Counted from the first letter of the whole stretch, positions 1 to 10,200 are shown. The stretch: DNA of 63,493 nt, filler included, from Octopus bimaculoides (GCF_001194135.2; 5 parts of 5 records of this genome joined end to end with filler, not necessarily neighbours in it); one strand, 5' to 3'. The notes: generated by a model not told the origin, from the letters alone. Numbers and translations are program-made.

Positions 1-232
1 GGCACATAAAAGACACCATTTCGAGCGTGGCCGTTTTTGTGCGGGTGACACGTAAAAGCACCCACTACACTCTCTGAGTGGTTGGCGTTAGGAAGGGCAT
101 CCAGCTGTAGAAACTCTGCCAAATCAGACTGGAGCCTGGTGTTGCCATCCGGTTTCACCAGTCCTCAGTCAAATCGTCCAACCCATGCTAGCATGGAAAG
201 CGGACGTTAAACGATGATGATGATGATGATGA
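1..232 (+). mobile_element. SINE family C, 3' part with (GAT)n tail; starts before the window
   Basis: Core GAGTGGTTGGCGTTAGGAAGGGCATCCAGCTGTAGAAAC and end CATGGAAAGCGGACGTTAAAC(GAT)n recur at least 6 times in the window. Confidence 0.85.
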
Positions 233-237
233 TTAGG

Positions 238-449
238 GTTGCAAGCTGGCAGAATTGTTAGCATGCAGAGGAAAATGCTTAGCAGTATTTCATTTGCCAC
301 TACGTTCTGTGTTCAGATTCCGCCATGGTCACCTTTACCTTTCATCTTTTCAGGGTCGATAAATTAACTACCAGTTGAGTACTGGGGTCAATGTAATCGA
401 CTATCCCCACCCCAAAAAATTTCAGGCCTTGTGCCTGTAATAGGAAGGA
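238..449 (+). mobile_element. SINE family B (tRNA-like head)
   Basis: GCTGGCAGAA..TTAGCA A-box-like head, GTTCAGATTCC B-box-like motif, shared body with other copies. Confidence 0.8.
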
Positions 450-469
450 TTATTATTTTTATTGTTTTT

Positions 470-657
470 AGCTCATGGGGCGAAATGCTTAGCGGTATTT
501 CGTCTGTCTTATGTTCTGAGTTCAAATTCTTCCAAAGTCGACTTTGCCTTTCATCCTTTCGGGGTCGTTGAAATAAGTATGTTATACACAGGGGCCGATG
601 TAATCAACTGGCCTCCTTACCCAACAATTTTCAAGGCCTTGTGCCTAGAGTAGAAAT
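470..657 (+). mobile_element. SINE family B, 5'-truncated, tandem to the previous copy
   Basis: CGAAATGCTTAGCGGTATTTCG..GAGTTCAAATTC..GGCCTTGTGCCTAGAGTAGAAA matches family B. Confidence 0.8.
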
Positions 658-1150
658 AATTATTATTATATAAAATCACACCCTACCCCCTGTATGGGGA
701 CTGGCATGTCTATGAATAACACCAACGTTTCCTCTGCATGTCGTAAAAGGCAACTAAAAGGAGGTTGAGGCAGGGTTTGTCCTCCAACCTCACCAGCAGC
801 AACTATTCAAACAGACCCCTGGGCTTGGAAGGTTGTCACCTGAGTGGTGCAACGGTGTCATCCACCTGGTGTTGGGAATCACCAACAAAATGGTGGATGC
901 AGCAACATACTGTTGCAGCACTTTCCTTCCATACTACTACTACCCTCTAAAAATAGGACTTAGTCGTTGGATATAATCCTAAATATGAAAAAGTGAAATG
1001 AATTATTTGGAATACCTAGTTCGAGATTTTATTATGAACATAAATAAAACGGTATGGTCACGTCTGGAATGCCTTCGATCATAAGATCTGCTCGATCGGG
1101 TCTGATTCTAGGCTAATCTCCAACTAGCTGCTTCAAGGTTCATTTTGCAG

Positions 1151-1241
1151 CGAAACTAAGATGAGTTGAGTTATGTCCCTTGTCGAGATGCACGTCAAAT
1201 TGTTAGCAGTAATGGTTGTAAGATTTAAACAAAGCGTAATG
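1151..1241 (+). CDS. Tentative upstream exon of the TTC19 homologue
   Basis: Acceptor TTCATTTTGCAG at 1150, donor G|GTAAGG at 1242, open frame MSLVEMHVKLLAVMVVRFKQSVM ending in phase 0; no homology support. Confidence 0.2.
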
Positions 1242-1471
1242 GTAAGGTTTAAACTCAGTGTGACCTATTTAGTGTTAGTAGTAAGAGTTAAACTAGTGTG
1301 TATATGTGCGACTACATCAATGTCAACCTCTAATTTAACTTTGTAATAGTTTTCAAAAAGGTAAAATGTCAAGTTTATGATTGGCTATGTCACCAATGGA
1401 TGCTGTATTCTATCTTGATTAACGCACAGAACATTACATTACCTGGTCGTCTTCTCTGCAGAATTGGTATA

Positions 1472-1672
1472 CTCTTTTACTTGTTTCAGTCATTTGACTG
1501 CAGCCATGCTGGAGCACCGCCTTTAGTCGAGCAAATCGACCCCAGGACTTATTCTTTGGAAGCCTAGTACTTATTCTATCGGTCTCTTTTGCTGAACCGC
1601 TAAGTTACGGGTACCTAAACACACCAGCATCGGTTGTCAAGCGATGTTGGGGGAACAAACATAGACACACAA

Positions 1673-1706
<34 letters not shown>

Positions 1707-1862
1707 GATGGGCTTCTTTCAGTTTCCGTCTACCAAATCCACTCACAAGGCTTTGGTCGGCCCGAGGGTATAGTAGAAGACACTCGCCCAAGGTGCCACG
1801 CAGTGGGACTGAACCCGGAACTATGTGGTTGGTAAGCAAGCTACTTACCACACAGCCACTCT
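1472..1862 (-). mobile_element. SINE family A, near full length, internal (CA)/(TA) microsatellite
   Basis: Minus strand starts GAGTGGCTGTGTGGTAAG (A box) ..CCGGGTTCAGTCCC (B box); more than 10 related copies in the window. Confidence 0.85.
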
Positions 1863-2034
1863 TGAACAGAAAAAAAATATAATTTTCTTTGTAGTGTACT
1901 TAACTCTATATAATAAGTCTGTTATTAATATATCTCTTAATTATCTGCTCCATAATAAAACTTAATCATTTTTTCCCTTTTTTTGGTGTGGGTGTGTGTG
2001 TGGAAAAACGTGTTCTTTTTAATGTTTCTTACAG

Positions 2035-2159
2035 ATTCTTGTGAGTTATGCCAAGAAGTCCTCAGTTTCATTGCAGCACTGCGCAGTTCTCTCCCTTGTA
2101 TTGCGTTCTTATGGCGGATCCATTCCATTAACCAGTTTTGTTAGTATATTTCTGCTGAA
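2035..2159 (+). CDS. Tentative internal exon of the TTC19 homologue (possible targeting-peptide segment)
   Basis: Strong acceptor TTCTTTTTAATGTTTCTTACAG; open frame ILVSYAKKSSVSLQHCAVLSLVLRSYGGSIPLTSFVSIFLL with no acidic residues; donor AA|GTACGC gives the phase 2 required by the 5928 exon. Confidence 0.3.
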
Positions 2160-2360
2160 GTACGCTACTTTTCTTTAAATTAATTTTGAAAATAAATGAA
2201 GAATTTATTAAAACAATTTTGTTATTATAACACTAGTGTTTGGAATATGAATTAATATGAAATTTTGATGGAAGGTTTTTCAATTATGCAATAATGAATT
2301 TGTATAATAGAACTAAAGGTGGTCTTAGGCAGGTTGGTATCAAATGGTATTAAACAGTGC

Positions 2361-2391
<31 letters not shown>

Positions 2392-2609
2392 TTCTGAAAT
2401 ATGATAACCCTGCACTTTAAGTAAAGATCATAGTACAATGCTTATCCATATTTATGGATTTTCCCTATTTCTCTAGATGTTACATTAGCAAGATTAGAGA
2501 TATTTTGGTACTGGGGATTCTGCACAAAATCCATTTGGTATCAGAAGTTTTGGTACCAAGAAAATTATACTTTTACTTCACATAACATCTGATTTAGAGT
2601 ACCCCGACT

Positions 2610-2958
2610 AGCTGATGCCAGTACCCCCTGACTGGCTCTCGTGCTGGTGACATGTAAAAAGCACCAACTCAACGTGGCCAATGCCAGTGCCCACCGACTG
2701 GCCCTAGTACCGGTGGCACATTAAAAGCACTATCCAAACATGATCAATACTAGAGCCACCTGACTGGCTCCTATGCCAGTGGCACATAAAAAGTACCCAC
2801 GACATTCAGAGTGGTTGGCGTTAGGAAGGGCATCTAGCTGTAGAAACATTTCCAGATCAGATTGGAGCCTGATGCAGCCACTGGCTCTCCAGACCTCAGT
2901 CAAACTGTCCAACCCATGCCAGCATGGAAAACGGATGTTAAACGATGATGATGATGAT
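2610..2958 (+). mobile_element. SINE family C with (GAT)n tail
   Basis: Same core and tail as 1-232. Confidence 0.8.
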
Positions 2959-3146
2959 GAAACTATCTCAGAAGCTAAGGAAGCAGATATGTTCAAAGAA
3001 TTTGTTATGACTTTATTTTACTCAAAGTATTCTTATGCCTGTAATTAAATTGATGTGTGGAAAGGAGGAGACAGATCTGTGAATGAGTTTGGTTGGTGGT
3101 TTGTTGAATAAGGCTAGATGAGATGAAATAAATCTCTCATTTTAAT

Positions 3147-3510
3147 TTAAAGAGCACTCGGAGAGCGTAGACCTCCACCAAGGCAACACCAACATCCTCT
3201 CAACGATTAACCCGAGATGATTTTTTAAAATGAGAATATCTGAAATAAACTCGACTGCTGTCACAAACGAGAATACTAAAAATGAACTGGACCACTCTCA
3301 AAAATTAAGTAAAAAAAAAACAGGAAAAATAATCCTGAATCTTTGTCTGGCTCCAGATCAATCCCAGAATCTAATCAGTTTGTGCTAGTCATGAGGTCAG
3401 ACATTCCTGAAAGTTTCATCCGAATCCATCCAGTGGTTCTTGAGATATCTTGTCCACAGACAAACAAACAAACAAAACAATACCTTCTCCTTTGCTACAA
3501 TGGAGGTAAT
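3147..3510 (+). mobile_element. Helentron-type non-autonomous element (HINE/DINE-like)
   Basis: Subterminal inverted repeat ACCTCCA (3171) / TGGAGGT (3501), (ACAA)n near the 3' end, T-rich flanks; second copy at 25899-26272. Confidence 0.6.
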
Positions 3511-3744
3511 TAATGAATTAATGCAAATGAATCACTTTGTACCATCATGTGATTGCAGTGTTATTCTTCTTTTCAATAAAGTGTCAAAAATGAGAGGAAA
3601 AAATGGTCTTAGCATAACATGCATTGAAATCTGCGTATGAAATGTAAAGAAAAATGCAGTAATCCCTCGCCATATCGCAGTTTATTATTAAAGCTTACAT
3701 CGTTTCCTCCGTGGTGTTGTTTTGCATTCATAATAAAATAAATA

Positions 3745-4147
3745 CCGTAAATCCTAGAGTATAGTCCGGCCTTGAGTATAATACGCAGGGGATTTTTAGG
3801 GGGCTGTACCTCTGAAAAACTTAAACCTTGTGTATAATACGCACCCCTTCTCTAACTTGAGTCAAGGAGGTCTATATAACGTAATGTCTATATACAGTAA
3901 CGTCCTTTATTATTATTGTGTATATAATATAATGCAAATGTGTAGCTTTTTTGTGCACTTTGTTTGCAGAAAATAAAGAAATAACAGTAATAATGTCTGT
4001 GAAAAATAAATATTAAGTAAATTGCCTTTACATATTTATCACTTAGAAAATTTTGCTTAGAAAATATTTTTTTCATTTTTAAACTCGTGTATAGTACGCA
4101 CTAGAAATTTTGGGGGAAAAAGTGCAGTTATACTCAAGGATTTACGG
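3745..4147. mobile_element. pogo/Tigger-type MITE
   Basis: TIRs CCGTAAATCCTAGAGTATA / TATACTCAAGGATTTACGG (1 mismatch), flanked by TA at 3743-44 and 4148-49. Confidence 0.8.
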
Positions 4148-4178
4148 TATATACAATTTATAAAAATTAAAAAAAATA

Positions 4179-4717
4179 TACAGTACTGTTTCTACTTTGC
4201 AGATTTTTCACCTATCTCAGCGGGTTTTGGAATGTAACAGCCACCATAGCCGAGAGATTATTTATTGTACAGCACAACACCCATGACTTTCTGAGACATT
4301 CTTTACACATTCAGAATTATGAAAGCATGGAATAAACTCCCTTTGTCAGTTGTTTGCTGCCAGGACACTGCATCCTTCAAACATTCCATGCTTCCTGTAA
4401 TTCACCAACATTACTCCTGACGTTCCTCTGCATTTTTTCCTTTTTTTTATGACTCTTTAAGGCTCCCTTTCTCATCTTTTTTTGTGTTTTACCCTTTGTA
4501 CTCTGCATCTTCCTTCATCTTTCATTCTTGTCCTTCTTTACTTAACTGTTTTCTGTATCTTTTAACATTTTCTGATGAGTTATAATGCATTTTTACACTG
4601 TATACAATAACCTCATTATTATTATTATTATTACAGTAATCCTTTGACTATCGCAGGTGTTACATTCCAAAACCCCTTGCGATAGGTGAAAAGTCGCGAA
4701 GTAGAAACCGTACTGTA
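4179..4717. mobile_element. Two Tigger-like termini in inverted orientation (4179-4269 and 4632-4717)
   Basis: About 85-bp imperfect inverted repeat; the right unit begins TA-CAGTAATCC, typical of Tigger-type ends. Confidence 0.6.
4310..4420 (+). mobile_element. CR1/L2-like LINE 3' fragment
   Basis: Translates KAWNKLPLSVVCCQDTASFK, resembling the WNxLP..V....FK end of CR1/L2 ORF2. Confidence 0.4.
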
Positions 4718-4899
4718 TATCTGTTTTATTATTTTATAATTTGTATATATTTATTTTATTATAAATGCAAAACAACACCACACGCTCACCTCCCGAGTTT
4801 TGTTTTCCATACAGTATATGTGATTCTTTGTTTACTCATCTACAGTACACTACGTATTTTCTTTTAATATATTATATGTTATACGGTGCAGTACTGTAC

Positions 4900-5091
4900 T
4901 GTCATCATCATTGTTTAACGTTCGTTTTCCATGCTGGCATGGGTTGGATGCTTCAACTGGGGTCTGGAAAGTCAGGAGGCTGCACCAGGCCCCAATCTGA
5001 TCTGGCAGTGTTTCTACAGCTGGATGCTCTTCCTAACGCCAACCACTCCGAAAGTGTAATGGGTGCTTTTTACGTGCCACCAGCACAGGGG
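4900..5091 (-). mobile_element. SINE family C, reverse orientation
   Basis: Reverse complement of the family C core and tail. Confidence 0.8.
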
Positions 5092-5304
5092 CCAGAGGAG
5101 CTGGCATCAACCAAGATCAGATATTAATTTTTAGATGTGAAAATGCTTATTTTACCACAGAAATACTTAGAATCTAAAAAAATATAAATACCAATCAACC
5201 ACAGAAACCCACAATATAAATTTACATATATTAGCCAGAAAAATCTGCCATGTACTGAGGGCGTGATAGATGAACTGCGATATGGTGAGTGATTACTGTA
5301 TTTA

Positions 5305-5517
5305 CGAGCTGGCAGAATCGTTAGCACACTGGGCAATATGCTCAACGGCATTTCATCTATCTTTACGTTCTGAGTTCAAATTCCGTTGTGGTCGACTTTG
5401 CCTGTCATCCTTTTGGGGTAGATGAATTAGGTACCAGTTGAACACTTGGACTAATGTAGTTGACTCATCCCCTCCTCCCCACCAAATTGCTGCGCTTGTG
5501 GCAAATTTTGAAACCAG
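5305..5517 (+). mobile_element. SINE family B
   Basis: CGAGCTGGCAGAATCGTTAGCA..GAGTTCAAATTCC. Confidence 0.8.
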
Positions 5518-5927
5518 TATTATTATTATTATTATTGTGAAGGCACATAGCCTGGTGGTTAGGTGTGTTGCACTCGTGATCATGAGATTGTGGTTTCAAT
5601 TCTCAAACAGCCTAGATGGTCATAGCCAAGTTGGTATTAAAAAGTTTTAAAAAGAGGGAGATTGCTTGATATAATTCTAGAAGCCTCTTAAAAGGTCAGC
5701 ACTGCAATGTCTTTGCTCAATTAGAGATAGCTTGGGACTAATCATTAACTAATCTTTTCAAATTAATTGTTTTAATTAATTTTTTTTTTTTCCTTTATTA
5801 CATTATCTTTCTGACATTTTTTTTATTTGATTTTATTGAAGGTATGGATTTTTTTTTTAAAGAAATACATCTTTAATGATTTTCTTTCTTTTTTTCTTTC
5901 TTTTTTCTTTTCTGCTAATACTTTCAG

Positions 5928-6945
5928 AAACCCCAACTTCTGGCAAGCTGGTGGCTGTTTTCTATTGTCATTTAGCCTGTTTGATCTTTGGCATGTAAGT
6001 GAAAAGGCACCGGAAGAAGACAGAGTGAAACGTTTGGTTTATGAGGCTAGAAAATCTCAGAAAGATGGAGAACTATTGAAATGTGAGAAGTATTACCATG
6101 AAGCGTTGTCTGTTGTCATACAGAGACACCAAAACAAAGAAATCGATGACAACGAACTACTTCAGGCAAGGACATATCTGTTTGACTGTCTGGCTAACTT
6201 GTCTTTCAGCTTAAATGAATTTGACAAGGCAGAGAAACTGTACAAGGAGACAATCAAAGGTTGTGTACAAGCAGGGATGCCTGCTGACGGCAATGTTATT
6301 TTAGAAATTTCATTGAAATTGGCCAACATCTATGCCATCCAGGACCGATCTGAGGAAGCTATTTTGGGCTTTGAGTTTTGCATAAACACTCTGAGAGAGA
6401 AGTTAAAGGAGGGGGAGAAGAAAGAGGAGGTGAAGAAGGAGGAAAGTAAGAAAGAAGATGAATGGGAGGAATTGTTTAAAGATACTGAGGCGTTGTTAGG
6501 TATGTGTTTAGATAGCTACGGCCGTTATCTTCTTCGATTGTCTGACTATGACAAGGCAGAAAAAATGCTAAGTGACTCTTTTTGTATAGCGAAAAAATGT
6601 CTTGGAGACACTCACAGACAGACTTTAGTAATTATGACTAATTTAGGAGTAGCAAACATTTTCAAAAAGAACTATGCACTTGCCGAGCAGTTAATACTGC
6701 AAGCTATCAAAATTGGAGAAGATATTGATGCAGAGGAAATATCTGCACTTTACTGTAATCTGGGTGCAGTCTATCTTGCACAGATGCAGATGGAAAAGGC
6801 TCATGAAGCATGCCTAAAAGGAATGGCCTCTGCACAGAGGAACAATGACAGCATTGCTGTAAGGAAGGCGAAAACCTGTCTGCAAAAGGTCACTGACCAC
6901 AAAAATGAGAAAGTTCAAGTGTCAGCCGGTCAGGCACGAAGTTGA
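5928..6945 (+). CDS. TTC19: Tetratricopeptide repeat protein 19 homologue (mitochondrial complex III assembly/quality control); terminal coding exon, phase 2, 338 full codons plus stop
   Basis: Recognised TTC19 motifs: YLFDCLANLSF, KAEKLYK, NVILEISLKLANIYAIQDRSEEAILGFEFCINTL (human NAIIEISLKLASIYAAQNRQEFAVAGYEFCISTL), LLGMCLDSYGRYLL, HRQTLVIMTNLG. Polypyrimidine tract, CTAAT branch point and CAG acceptor at 5927; TGA at 6943-45. The first 33 residues of the listed ORF are intronic. Confidence 0.9.
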
Positions 6946-6995
6946 CAAATGAGATCTTAGGTAATTGTTATATAACCTAAATATTATTGTTGTAG

Positions 6996-7001
6996 AATAA
7001 A
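6996..7001 (+). terminator. Polyadenylation signal of TTC19
   Basis: AATAAA 50 nt after the stop, followed by a GT/T-rich element at about 7026-7060. Confidence 0.6.
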
Positions 7002-7092
7002 TTGTATAAGAAATATTCTCAGTCAGCATGTTTTATTTGATTTCTTTCATGTTTTCTGTTTTCAACCAAGAGCACCACATTGTTATTTACTC

Positions 7093-7830
7093 TTTACTCT
7101 CTCTTTTACTTGTTTCAGTCATTTGACTGTGGCCATGCTGGAGCACCGCCTTTAGTCGAGCAAATTGACCCCAGGACTTATTCTTTGTAAACCTAATACT
7201 TATTCTGTTGGTCTCTTTTGCCGAACCGCTAAGTTACAGGGACGTAAACACACCAACATCGGTTGTCAAGCGATGCTGGGGAGACAAACATATACACACA
7301 CATATATATATATATCGTTGCCAGNNNNNNNNNNNNNNNNNNNNNNNNNNNNNNNNNNNNNNNNNNNNNNNNNNNNNNNNNNNNNNNNNNNNNNNNNNNN
7401 NNNNNNNNNNNNNNNNNNNNNNNNNNNNNNNNNNNNNNNNNNNNNNNNNNNNNNNNNNNNNNNNNNNNNNNNCTCTGAGTGGTTGGCGTTAGGAAGGGCA
7501 TCCAGCTGTAGAAACTCTGCCAAATCAGACTGGAGCCTGGTGTTGCCATCCGGTTTCACCAGTCCTCAGTCAAATCGTCCAACCCATGCTAGCATGGAAA
7601 GCGGACGTTAAACGATGATGATGATGATGATGATGATATATATATAGATATATATATATATATACGACAGGATTCTTTCAGTTTCCATCTACCAAATCCA
7701 CTCACAAGGCCTTGGTCGACCCGAGGCTATAGTAGAAGACACTTGCCCAAAGTGCCACGCAGTGGGAATGAACCCGGAACCATGTGGTTGGTAAGCAAGC
7801 TACTTACCACATAGCCACTCCTGCGCCTAG
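7093..7830 (-). mobile_element. SINE family A interrupted by a family C copy (7473-7637, +) in its internal (TA)n
   Basis: A tail at 7093-7315 and A head at about 7660-7830 flank an N-gap and a C copy with (GAT)n tail. Confidence 0.8.
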
Positions 7831-7934
7831 TTAGAAATATATATATATTTTTTTTTAGTATTTTAGTATTTCACATTCATAAGGCTGTTCAAAAACATTC
7901 ATATGTCTTGCAAGACAATTGGAATCTTCGCTGG

Positions 7935-8130
7935 CGCTAGTGGCACACAAAAAGAAAAAAACAAAAGCACCCACTACACATCATAAAATGGTTGGCTTTA
8001 GAAAGGGCATCCATCCATAGAAGCCATCCCTAAGGTGATGCTGAAGTGCAGCACAGCCCTGCAGCTTATCAGATCCTGTCAGACTGTTCAGCCCATGGCA
8101 GCATGGAAAACAGACATTTGACGATGACAA
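7935..8130 (+). mobile_element. Degenerate SINE family C
   Basis: GGTTGGCTTTAGAAAGGGCATCC..CAGCATGGAAAACAGACATTTGACGATGAC. Confidence 0.6.
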
Positions 8131-8904
8131 GCTGGCAGGGTTGTCAGCATGTCGGAAAAAATACTCAACAGCATTTTTTTCTGCTGTTTATGTTTTGAGT
8201 TCAAATTCTACCAAAGTCAACTTTGTCATCAAATTAAGGGAGTGGCTTACTCAATCACATTGACCCCAGCGCTCAACTGGTATTTATTTCATCAACCTGC
8301 GAAAAGATGAAAGACAAAGTTGACTTCAGCAGAATTTGAACACAGAATGTAAATAGCTGAAAGAAATGTTGCTAAACATATCATCTTGATATACCTTGTA
8401 AAGGTGCATGGCCTAATAGTTAGAGTGTTGTACTAGTAATCATAAGGTCATGGTTTCAATTCCCAGACCAAGCTATGCATTGTGTTTTTGAGCCAGACAC
8501 TTCATTCCACATTACTTCACTTCACTCGTCTGTAAATGAGTTTCAGCAATAATTGGCAAGTTAACTCAGTGACAGACTGAGCAGACCATTCAATGGGAAA
8601 TGGTGTAACCTCAATCACTTATTCACTATGGGAAACCAGCTTCAGCCCCAGCCTTATGAGTCCAGAGCCTCATGACAGACTTACATATATTGCTTGACCC
8701 TTATTGATTTTTACTTCCTTCATATGAACCTAGCAACGTACAAATATCACCAGAAGCTTCCCTCTTTTACTACACAGTGAAAATATCAACCTTTCTTTTC
8801 AGCTGTTTCCATCAAGAAGTGTGTGTGTGTGACATTTGCTTTCTACAATTTTGTATTCAGACCCGTTTGAATATTTACTTTCTTGCACACAAACTTGGCT
8901 ACAT

Positions 8905-9075
8905 CATCATTTAACGTCTGTTGTCCATGCTGGCATGGGTTGGACGGTTTGACCAGGGCCGGCAAGCCACAGGGTTGTACCAGACTCTAGTTGTCTGTTG
9001 TGGCATGGTTTCTATGGCTGGATGCTCTTCCTAATAATGCCAACCACTTCACAGAGTGTGCTAGATGCTTTTACA
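8905..9075 (-). mobile_element. SINE family C, reverse orientation
   Basis: CATCATCATTTAACGTCTG..CCATGCTGGCATGGGTTGGAC..GGATGCTCTTCCTAA. Confidence 0.7.
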
Positions 9076-9129
9076 TGGCATTGCACAGGCACTTTTATGT
9101 GACATTGCACAAGTACTTTTATGTGGCAC

Positions 9130-9620
9130 TGATGAGCAAGTCTCTTTCCCCAATTCTGCTAGCTAGTGCTGCCTTCTACTGGGGCCATACTGCTGGCTGG
9201 TTTTACCTTCCATCATGCCAAAGACATCTCAGTATGTCCGGTAAATCACTTGCACCATGATTCTTATCTTTCTGATTGCGTTACCTTTCAGAATGTCACC
9301 CAGGGTGATGTCCAACTCCCTAGCTAACTGAACCCATTTCATATCTGTTGCTGGTGGCTAATTCAACCATTGTTTCTTCTCAAAGCTTTCAGGCATTCAA
9401 ATTCATCCATTTGGCAAGTGAAGCAGGGGTCTGCTTCATGGCTCTTCTGGATCTCCAACTGGCAAGCAGTTCTAATGCACCAAGGAATAGGACCCTAAAT
9501 GGTATCAGATGCTTTGCGTTGCTGTAGTAATTCTTCGCACTTTGATTTGCTTTGGTGGGTCTTCATGCCCCTTTCACTACTAAATACTCCACCATAGACG
9601 AGGCATCTTCTGGTTTCACC
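9130..9620 (-). mobile_element. Decayed HERO/R2-like (RLE) non-LTR retrotransposon fragment
   Basis: Minus strand reads LN*PPATDMKWVQLARELDITLGDILKGNAIRKIRIMVQVIYRTY*DVFG..GPSRRQ, resembling the pre-RT segment of HERO elements; contains stops. Confidence 0.55.
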
Positions 9621-10200
9621 CTCCTGTCTTGCTGGAAGAATCGTCAATTATTGCTTTTACACTACAGATTTTAACATTACAACCGTTTCTTTTTCTCATT
9701 ATTGGACTATGGTCAGGCTGGAGCACCAACTGTAACATAATCGATTTGACCAGTATTTTATTTCATAAACCACAGAAGCATGACTGGACAAATTTGACAT
9801 ATAGAACAGAGAAATTATAAATATATTTAACGATATTAAACATTATACATTTTGTAAACACCAAATTAAGACCAAAGAAACTGTGGTGTTATGGGCTGTG
9901 ATGAGCTGTGTGTTGTTGGTGGAGAGAGGTGAGGCAAACAGAAGTGAAGCCAGACTGGAAGGGCCAGACCGGAAGGGTCAGACCGGAAGTCGGCCACACA
10001 CGGTCGAAGGCCAGCATGTGGGTCAGTCAGAAAACAGACAGGTTACGAGAAAGACGTGTTTTGATCAAGAGCGATTGTGTACTCCGCTGCGGTCGACAAG
10101 GTAAGGTCCAACGTTTCATTCTGTCCTTTTGCTTCTTGTTGTCTTTTTCCTCCATCACACCACAAGCTATTTCGGCCCATAAGAAAAAAAAAAAAAAATT

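Noticed and set aside
5827-5927. N-terminal part of the 372-aa ORF as a signal or transmembrane segment
   Set aside because: It starts at TTG and is the translated polypyrimidine tract of the intron.
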